Positions 10,609-19,800 of a stretch of DNA of 32,752 nt are shown here, piece by piece (position 1 is the first letter of the stretch; each line of letters begins with the position of its first letter). The notes below the pieces were generated by a model. That model had not been told where the DNA came from and searched no databases. It saw nothing but the letters and a program-made list of their open reading frames with translations. A program made the translations under genes and the position numbers. Origin of the DNA: Rhizaria sp. SCN 62-66 (Eukaryota); contig MEDY01000335.1 of NCBI GenBank assembly GCA_001724265.1, forward strand, positions 1-32,752, given 5' to 3'.

Positions 10609-11657
10609 TCCTAGTGTATGCAGGGAAACCCGTGTATGTGCAATCAAAACTTCACAAAATTACTAGGGCTGTGGACATACGCAGCTCTAGCAAGCAAAAA
10701 CCCCAACTTTTTTTTTCGTTTTGCCTTCCTCGACGCATCTTGACGGTGCCTTTTTATACACGACAGTCAACATGCCTTTCACACTCCTTAACCCCTTTGC
10801 TTGTATCGCTGTTAAATGTTAATGCTAATCTTGATCTTGGGTATGACTGAAATTACAGTGTTGTATTATCTTTTGGCATATATTTTTCGGTTGTTTTGGT
10901 TACTTGGTCACTCTGGTCGTGAAGATGAGTCATCTTCCTGTGCAGTGTTGTGTGTTACTATTATCAACGATAAAATGAACAGGGTTTGAGACCTCGCGAA
11001 TGCCGTTGCCTTGCTTTAACAGGCCACATACTTGGCCTGACACTGAGAAGTGTGTCGTTCGACTAGTTATCCGACGCTTGTTGTAGTCACATAACAGCGC
11101 GAAACACAAAGAACGACGGAGATTGCTCACAGCACAGTGCTTTACTCTCACGGAGCAGCAACAGCAGCAATAGTAACAGGGACTACAGCGCAGCCGCATC
11201 ATGATCAGATGCAGCGAGCTCTGTTTAGTGCCACATTAAAACACATGGTATTACACATCGTATCACAAAAGGGGAAGGAGAAAAGTGCGACTAACAGCAC
11301 GTAGACGGGAAAACAAGCTACGCGTGGTCAGAAATCACCCAACAGCAGCAGCACGGCTTCAACAAACGTCATGATCACAACAGACAAAGGACAAACATAG
11401 AGAGACGGAAACGTATGGATCGACAACACATAGCCAAGATCGGTGTGCGAAGCTCGAAACCAAGAGCGCATAGGCGAGCCCAACCTGCCCCCCAAACACA
11501 CGCGCTCACAGCACGTCGTAAGTAGAAACGAGCCTGGAGCAGCGCAGCGATAGACAGCATTGACGACTGCGCCAACAGTAAGGACGTCGTCATGATATCA
11601 TGATGCCGTCAAGGTCACTGGCGCCCATGGCGGGTATTAGTGATGTGACAGCCGCCG

Positions 11658-12309
11658 TCAGCAGCCGCCCTCGGCCTTGGTGGTGGTCCAGGTGTTGGGT
11701 GCGGTGCCGCACAGCGGGTCCGTCGTGTTAGCGATGCTGTCGATGAGGTCTGCGGAGACGGGCGAGGAGAGCGTTCGAGGATGGCATTCGAGGATGCCGC
11801 GGGGACGAAAAGACATTGACAGACGTCGAATGCACACATAAGGAAACAAAAAGAAGCGTGAGAGCACAATAGACATGAATACATCTTGCGGCAAGAAATT
11901 TGTTCAAATCTCCGCGATATAAGCTCTGTGCAACTCAACTAAAGACAATACTTAAAAGGGGGAGGGAACGTACCTTTAGCGACTTGGTCGGTGGTCATGG
12001 CCTTGCTGATGAGCTCAATTTCGCGGTTCAAGCTGTCGCGAAACTCCTGCGTAGCGGTAGAACAGTATTGCCACAGTGACAGACGTTAGCAAAAGTGTTG
12101 GAGCGCGTGAACCAAGAAAACGTGACGAGGGAAATGGCAACGGTCAAGCGACCAGTCGCGTAGACAAAAAGTGTCTGCCAAGCGCAGCAATCATCGGTAG
12201 CGAAAGGCAACACACGGTGGCATAATATAAAAGAATGCAGTAGATGTGAAAAATGTTTTGTTGTGCGACGTACGACAAGCTCCTCAGTGGAGAGCTGCTT
12301 TTTGGACAT
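11658..12309 (-). CDS. Heterotrimeric G-protein gamma subunit (GGL domain), 66 aa, 3 exons
   Basis: Exons 12309-12274, 12046-11974 and 11749-11658, with GTACGT..CAG introns. Protein: MSKKQLSTEELVEFRDSLNREIELISKAMTTDQVAKDLIDSIANTTDPLCGTAPNTWTTTKAEGGC. Coiled-coil N-terminus, DPL...NxW motif, terminal GGC and overall size are typical of G-gamma. Confidence 0.82.
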
Positions 12310-12748
12310 GGGTGGAGACGCGTGGTTTCGTACTGGGCAAAAGACCGCGCGTAAGGTGTCTGTGAGGACGAGACCGACATGTGGAGAGAATTGAAAAAGC
12401 AAAGTGAGACAGACGTTGTAGGCACAACTCAGGATACGAGTGATAAGTGTTGATTATGGCTATGTAGTGTGGGTAGTGATGCTGAATGCAGTGGTCTTTG
12501 ATGTCCGTTCGCGAGCGTGGTGCAGCCCACGGTCATTTTGTGACAATCTGTATCGCTTCACCATGCATATGTCCCTCGTCATATAGACTGCTCGTTTTGT
12601 GTTGGTGCTTTTTTTGCACTCGTTTATACCGCTATAATATTCTCACTCCCATATACTCACTTCTTCCCTTGCACTGTCCCACTTGCGCACACGGCACTTC
12701 CCCTGTCTCCTCTCTGTACCTTGCGCCCGCAACTTCGACGTCACAGCT

Positions 12749-14874
12749 ATGGGAGATTTCAACAAGGGCAAGCCTTCCTTCGGCGGCGGCTCCCGCGGCG
12801 GCTTTGGCAGCTCCCGTGGCGGTAGCTCCCGCGGCGGCTTCGGTTCTGGCGGCCGCGGCGGCTTCGGTTCCGGCCGCGGTGGCTTCGGCTCAGGCCGCCG
12901 CGGCGGCGCCAGCGGCGGCGCCAGCAGTGGCGGCGACGGCGGCGACCGCAAGAACTTCAAGTTCCACGGCAAGTCTCGCTCGGGTCCCCCCGGCGCGGCC
13001 CCGATGCCCGGCGTCACGCAGAAGCCGGTCAAGTCCGCCGAGGCGATCCTGGCGTCGACGTACAACACCCCCTCTGCGCTCGTGGTGGGCGACGGTGACC
13101 TGACTTTCTCGGCCGCGCTGCTCAAGGTGCGGCGCGGCGCCATGGCCGCGACGGGCTTTACGGCGACAACGTATGACTCGAAGGAGGAGGTGCTGGCCAA
13201 GTACGGGCGCAAGGCGCAGGACGCGCTGGCGGCGCTGGTGCAGCAGGGCACCAAAGTCATGCACGGTGTTGACGCCACCAACCTCGCCAAGTACTTCCCC
13301 GAGGCGCTCTTCAGCGGGAAGAAGATCCACACGATCCAGAAGGAGCTGACCAAGACAAAGAAGCAGTTCGGCAACAAGGCCAAGTTCAAGTCGCAGCAGA
13401 CGTCCGAAGAGGAGAAGAAGGCCAAGGACGCGGCCGCTAGCGCCGCCGCCGAGGCCGCGCGCACGGCCGCCGAGCAGGCCGGCGACGCAGACCCCATGCG
13501 CGCCGCCAACGCCGCGTTCGTCATCGCGCACGGGTTCAACCCGTACGTCAACTACCCGTTCCAGCGCATCGTGTTTAACTTCCCGCACTCCGGCGAGCAG
13601 CGCGTGCACGTGAACCGCGAGCTGCTGCAGAACTTCTTTAAATCCTGTCGGCCGCATCTCGCGCACCCGCTCTCGGTCAAGAACGTCGACACGGGCGTGG
13701 TGACCGTGCAGCCGGGCTCGGGCGGCCGCGTCCTCGTCGTGCTCAAGAAGGGCGCGCCCTATGACGGCTGGCTCGTCGAGGAGCAGGCCGCGGCGTCCCT
13801 CTTCGACCTGGAGCAGAAGGTCAAGTTTGACCCTGCGCTCTTCCCCGGCTACGCGCACGTCACCACCGACGTCGCGCACAACGCCGCGCTCGAGGACGGC
13901 AAGACCGAGTGCACGCTCTACATCTTCGTTCCCAGCACCGTCGGTTGGGCCGTCGCGCGCGAGGAGGCGCGCCGCCTCCACGGCATGGACCTGCAGGCAC
14001 GTTCAGCTTCACATCGTCATATCTAAAATGTATATACTTAAAGTCGAAAGTATGAGTGATTGTTTTCATAACATCATTCATATCAACCCATTTATTTTCA
14101 TTATCTCACGTCTCTTTTCTATATTCTGTTATTTATGTCCTACTGCTTCACTCACAGGAGATGGCGATGGGCAAGATCACGAGCGAGACCGCCAACAAGG
14201 GCTGGGGCGAGAACGGCTTCGCCGCCGCGGGCACCAAGTCCGCCGCCGCTGCGCCCGCGAGTGCGGCGGAGAGCGTGGTGCAGGCGGCGGAGCGCGCGTC
14301 GGCGGGGCTGGGCGCTGTGAAGGCGGGGACCAAGACTGCGGCCGCGGTCGACAACATCAAGTCACGGCTGGCCGCGCTCGGCAGTGATACTGACGGCGAC
14401 AGCGACGACGACGACGACGGCAAGGACGGCAAGGATGACAAGGATGAAGACGAGGCTGAGGTGGCGCCGGTTAGCAAGAAGAGCAAGACTGCCGCCGCGA
14501 CGGCCGCGCCGGCCGCCTTGGCCGCGGTCGCCCCGGTCGCCACGGGCGAGGGCAAGAAGGACAAGAAGGACAAGAAGGAGAAGAAGGCTAGCAAGGAAGA
14601 TGAGGAGGCCGAGGAGGAGGCTGCTGCTGTCGCCGAGAAGAAAGATAAGAAGGACAAGAAGGCCCGCAAGCAAGCTGAGGCCGAGGCCAAGGCTCAGGCT
14701 GAGGCCGAGGCGGAGGCGGCTGCTGCGAAGAGTGACAGGAAGGATAAGAAGGATAAGAAGGACAAGAAGCAGCGCGCTGAGGTCGAGGCCGAGGAGGAAG
14801 AAGAGGAGGAGGTTGTTGTCACTAAGAAGGACAAGAAGGAGAAGAAGGAGAAGAAGGAGAAGCACAGCGAGTGA
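12749..14874 (+). CDS. BMT5: BMT5-like 25S rRNA (uridine-N3) methyltransferase (DUF2431) with RGG N-terminus and KKD/E tail, ~654 aa
   Basis: Exon 1 12749-13996, GC-AG intron 13997-14157, exon 2 14158-14874. DUF2431 motifs: LVVGDGDLTFSAAL, ATTYDS, HGVDAT, IVFNFPH, NRELLQNFF, FPGYAH. Confidence 0.88.
13997..14157 (+). other. GC-AG spliceosomal intron (161 nt)
   Basis: CAG|GCACGT at the sharp GC-to-AT composition switch, ending ...CTCACAG|GAG. The phase-0 join gives HGMDLQ|EMAMGK. The nearest GT (14001) is out of phase. Confidence 0.85.
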
Positions 14875-14980
14875 TCACGATGCGACTCTCTATCCCTGTG
14901 AACAGAAGCCGTCGTATCGAAGTGAGTGTGTGAAACGCAACGCTGCATGCGTTTGCCTGAACATCCTGTCCTGGGCACGA

Positions 14981-15000
14981 CTCTCTCTCTCTCTCTCTCT
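14981..15000. repeat. (CT)10 microsatellite
   Basis: Read directly from the sequence. Confidence 0.95.
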
Positions 15001-15519
15001 CCGGCAATTGTGTATTCTAAGCAGTATAAATGGCCGTCCCTGCGGGTCAGCGGTCACGAATACAAAGATAATCGTTTCAAAGCAGAACGTGATGAGTTGT
15101 AGAATGCTAAGGACTATATTCATGGAATAAGCGCGACCGACTGCGTAACTGTGCTGTTTAGGTCCTAATGAAAAGACGTGTATTTTTGGTTCATCATAAC
15201 GCAGAGTACATTTTGTTTGGCTTGTTTTGAGGCAGTCAAAGCGCATGGTATCATAGCAGTATATCCACCTTCCGTATCGTATGTGTCATCACCGTTAACA
15301 GCAGAGAGAGAGAATGAGAGAGCATAACGTAGCGTCGATGTTCGCCGACACAAAGTACTCACAGCCTATCACTTGCGTCATCGCGTCCGTCACTGCCAAG
15401 TCGGGGTTGGTGGAGGCAGTTTGGGACACGGAGTGTAAGTGGGCGAGTTAGCAAATGACCGTGAGTAAGCGAGTCAGAGGGTTGTTTGTGTCAGCGTCAT
15501 CTGAGGAGCGATGACGCAC

Positions 15520-15855
15520 TTAGTTGCGGCGCTGGCCCTGGTTCTGGTTCTGGCCCTGCTGGTTCTGGTTCTGGCGGTCCTGGCTAGACTGGCGCTGCTG
15601 CGAGCTCTGCGACGACTGGCCCTGGCGGTCCTGCTGCTGCTGGCTGCGGCCGGCCTGGGCCTGGTCGTGCTGCTGCGTCTGCTGCGAAGACTTGAGGTTG
15701 CTCTGCGCCTGCTGCTGCTGCTTCGAGGTAGAGCAGACGCCCGCGGCCTGCTCGGCCTTGGAGCAAGAGCCGGCCTGCTGGTGCTGCTGCTGCTGCTGGT
15801 TCTTGTTCTTGTCGGAGGGCTGGTTGGCCTGGCTCGAGCGGGGAACGTTAGACAT
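15520..15855 (-). CDS. Small Q/N/S-rich hydrophilic (hydrophilin or prion-like) protein, 111 aa
   Basis: ATG at 15855 in an ACCATG context, TAA at 15520, strong CAG/AAC codon bias. Preceded by a 5'UTR intron. Confidence 0.8.
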   Translation of the reverse strand: MSNVPRSSQANQPSDKNKNQQQQQHQQAGSCSKAEQAAGVCSTSKQQQQAQSNLKSSQQTQQHDQAQAGRSQQQQDRQGQSSQSSQQRQSSQDRQNQNQQGQNQNQGQRRN

Positions 15856-15867
15856 GGTCTTGGAGTG

Positions 15868-16297
15868 CTGCAGGACGCAGACGTAGCGCGGGCGACCACG
15901 TGTAAGTTTAGAACGCAACATTTTAATGGGAACAAAACAAAATGTGGGAATAAATGTGAGAATATGCCAAAGAGACTTGAAATTGTGCACAACTCACTTA
16001 AAGCAGCTGGAATCTCTCGATGCTGTGTCAAACTTGCAAGTCATGTCTCGCTCTTTGAGGAGGAAATAAATACACAAATAGAGTCGACGAAAAAAGAATA
16101 GACGTGATCCCAAATTTGAGAAAGACAGGGGCAAAGAAAAGAAGAAAGTAAAGTGTGAGAGTTGCGATAGACGAGCGGGATTGAAATATGAAGTGGCTTC
16201 AAGTTCACACTTTTGAGAGGGAGTGGGAGGCGATAATATCAAGTGGAATCCTTGTTTAAAACTAAAGCTGGCACGGAACACAAAATAATAAACATAC
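15868..16297 (-). other. 5'UTR intron of the Q/N-rich gene (430 nt)
   Basis: Donor AAG|GTATGT at 16297. Acceptor CTGCAG| at 15868, 12 nt upstream of the ATG. The upstream exon has no nearby ATG. Confidence 0.7.
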
Positions 16298-16833
16298 CTT
16301 TAATAAGTTATTATAGCCTTTAAGTAATGCTATTCGTTTGCTCTCTTTCAAGATAATAGGCAAATAATGTTTGAATCAAAAGCGTTGTTCCGAGCTTTGC
16401 GGCCACGAATGCTTTCACTTCGGTGACTGTGAGCACGGTTGGTCTGACGCGTTGATTGTCACTTGGTCCAGGTCGAACTTTAATTAAGCCGTCGTGTGCT
16501 AAACCGTGAAAAACGCAAGAATCTCGTTGAATACAAATAATGCTTTGATTGCCGGTTGGTGTCACTCGAGTGTGGAGCTTGTCCGAGTGTAGGTCACAAC
16601 TTCAAGTTGCGAGCTGACGCAAACCTCGTAAAAGTGCCGGAACACGTCTGTGATGTGGCGTTGGAAACGATGAACGCCGAGCTCTGCGCAATATAACTCA
16701 AGAATAAAACAGTGTATTACAGTTTGAATCACAAACGGAGTTAGTCAATAATCAATACAGCTAATATAAATACTCTTAAACCATCAACAAAATGTGAGAC
16801 AACTTGAAACGATGTCATTTCAGTTCCGTCCCA

Positions 16834-19800
16834 TCAGCGCTGCCCCGCGCTGCCTGGTGCCTTCTTGGCCTTGTAGATCGACGGCAGCACCAGCGGTGCG
16901 GCGCCGTCGCTGCCGACACTCTGCGACTGCGACTGGGACTGAGACGGCAGCGGAACATCGGCAGCGGCCGCGTAGGCAGCCAGCAAACTCTGAGCCGCTG
17001 CTGACACTGCGGGCCGCGGGCGGCCAGCTCCGGTATCTGCCTCAGTCCTCGCACTCAGCCCGCCACCCGCGTTCAAGCTCACGATCGCTGCGCCGCTCGA
17101 GACGGAGCCGGATGACGGGGGGCGGTTCTGCGACATTGTCGACGTCGAAAGCGCGTACGCAAGCCTACGCGCCGCGTCCCCGCCGTCTGCGCCCGCGCCC
17201 GCGCTCGCGCCGGAGCCCAGCGCGGCAACGCCGGCCGCAGGGCGGGAGCCAGGGCGCGCGCGCTGCTGTGCCGGGGCGCGCGCGGCCGCGAGCGCTGCCA
17301 GCGTCGCTAGGTCGCTGATGTCTCCGCCACTGCCGCCGCTGCCCCCGGTGTTGATGCTTGGGATGATCGTGTCTGTAGCAAGCTCCTCAGGGGTGAGCTC
17401 CCAGTACTGAGACAGGTCGTCAGTGCCGCGGCCCCCGCCGCCGCCACGGCCGCGGGGCTTGCGGCCGCCCTTAGACGCCGCAGCCGCAGCCCCCGCCCCC
17501 GCCGCAGTGGTTGTGGCAATTGTCGACGTAGAGCTGCTACCAGCACGGGAGGCGGAGGAGCGCGATGCTGTCGTCGTTGCGGCAACGGCAGCAGCGATGC
17601 CGTCGTCGTCGTCGCCGTCGTCGTCGTTCTCGCCGGCATACCCAGCGTCGTTGTTGTAGTACGACGGGTCGGTATAGTCGCCGCCGTCGCTCTCGTCGCC
17701 TTCGTACAGGTCGCCGTCGGAGTAGTCATCGTCGTCGTCGTCGTCGCCGCCGCCGCCGAGAGCAGCCTTCGCGCCCGCCATCTTCGCGCCCGCTTTCCCG
17801 CTCGCGGCAGAGCTCGCGTTCATGATGGCGCGCGCCGCCGCCGCCGAGTTACCCGCGGCGACCGCGGGCGCCACGACTGCCGGTGTCGCTGGCTCCGAGT
17901 CGTCGAGCGCGGCCTTGATGCTGTCTTCGATCGAACCGTACTGGCCCGCAGTCAGGGCGCTCGCGGTCGCGTTAGCGGCGGCTGCACCAGCGTTCGCAAC
18001 TTGTGGATTCGCGTTGCTGCGCGCGCTATTGCCCGCAGCTGCAGCAGTCGCTGCAGTCCTGCTGCTGCCGCTGCCGGGAGTGGCAACAGCGCCAGAAGCG
18101 CCGGCCTTCGCCTTGCCACTGCCCTGCGCCGCCGCTTTGCTGCCGCTCGCGCTGTTGCCACCAGTCGCCGACGTGGGCCTCTGGAGCATGCGGCTAAGCT
18201 TCTTCTTCAGCGCCGCGACCACGGCGGGATCGGCGCCGTGCTCGTGCGCCGTCGCTGCGACCGCGGCCGCCATCGACGGCATAGCCACGCCAGTGCCCAC
18301 TGTCGCGCCGGAGGCGGCCGCCGCCGTCGCCGCAGCAGCGCCGTGGGCGCAGCTAGCATCTGCGCTTTTACTAGCATTAGCGACAGACGCTGTCAGCTGA
18401 GCTGTTTGAGCGACGCCGAAGCCCATGTCCATGCTGGCCAGCTGCGCCCCTCCGGCCGCGCTCGCCGCCGCCTCCGGCAGCCCCACGACGGCGGTCTGCG
18501 CGGCCTCTCCGCCGTCACCACCGCTTCCCGCGGCCGCAGCGTTGAGCGGGGTCGCGAGCGGCAGCAGGTCCGAGAGGCGGTCCAGCGCGCGGCGGGCGAG
18601 CGCCTCGACCGTCTTGCTGGGCAGGGTCGCCACCAGCCGCGCCGCGCGAGTGCCCGCTCCCGCCCCCGCGCCCGTGGCTGCAGCGCTTGGGGCGGCGCCA
18701 GGGCGGGCTGGCGGGGCCTTGCGGGTGCTGGTGGCGACCGCGCTTGAGCCTGAATTTGCGGCCGGTTGAAGCGTCAAAGCCGGGATTGCGAGGGTGCGCG
18801 CTGTGACTGCGCTAGAGCCGGCGCTGGCGGTCAGCGCGCGGGCGTTGGCGTCCCCAACACCGGCGCGCGTGGCGGCATCGGTGCCAGTACTCGAGCTGTG
18901 GCTGCTGTCATCGTCGGAAACGCAGTCCTCGTCGTCGATGTCGCTGACGCCGTCGCTCGCACCGCCGTCTTCGGCGTCGTCGGCGTCGTCGTTCTCTCCG
19001 GCGCCGGCGTTGGCGCCGGCGTCACCGCGCTGCTGCTGCTGCTGCTGCTTATGCATGCGCCTGCGTGACGCGCGCGCGGCGTGCGCCGCCGTCTCCGCGC
19101 TACCGCCCTGTCCGCCCCAGTACGCAGCCTCGATCTCGCGGATCGCCGCGACCTCGGCCTCCTCCTCCTCTTCCTCCGCGCCGTCGTCCTCGGCACCATC
19201 GTCGTCGTCACCGTCGCCGTGGTCGCCATAAGCCTGCTGAGTGGCGGACGAGGCGCCACCGCGGCGAGTGCGACGTGTGCTGTTGAGGGGGTTATTCGAC
19301 TCCAAATCGCGCTGCAACTTGCGCATCGCCGCCTCAAGTCCACCAGCGTTCGCGTTAGAAGCAACAGCAGCAGCAGCAGCAGCAGTAGCAATGCCATTGG
19401 CACTCAAAGCGCCCTCACTCGCCGGATCGCCTCCCGTCGCAGCGGCGTCGCCCGTGCTGCTGCCGAGCAGACTGCTCGCGGCACTGCTGGTCGACGCGGC
19501 GCCGAGTGAGCGCAGCCTCGCGCGCAGGTCTTCGTCAAGCCCCAGCTCCGCCGCGCTCGCGAAGCGGTCCGCGTGGCGCACCCGCGAGAGGAACGACCCA
19601 CTCACGCTCACGCCGCCCGCGCCCGCCGCCCCCGCAGACCGGCCCGCAGCACCAGCAGCAGCGCCAGCGGAGGCACCAGCTGCGCCGGTGGCGGCGGCGT
19701 TGGCGGCGGCGGCGGCGGCAGAGCCCGCGGCGAGCGCGACGGCGAGAGGCGCGTTGGACGAGAGCGCGGCGACGGTCGCCTCCATGGCGCGGGTGCGCGC

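Noticed and set aside
10930..11202. Cys-run ORF (PCYYCCCCCSV) as an alternative CaaX exon for G-gamma
   Set aside because: The last G-gamma exon has no consensus donor, and no frame here ends in CaaX-stop. It is a TGC/TGT-rich 3' sequence.
10900..11660. Selenocysteine reading of the G-gamma Cys-TGA
   Set aside because: No ATGA..AA..GA kink-turn SECIS was found downstream. The ATGA in the nearest hairpin is Watson-Crick paired.
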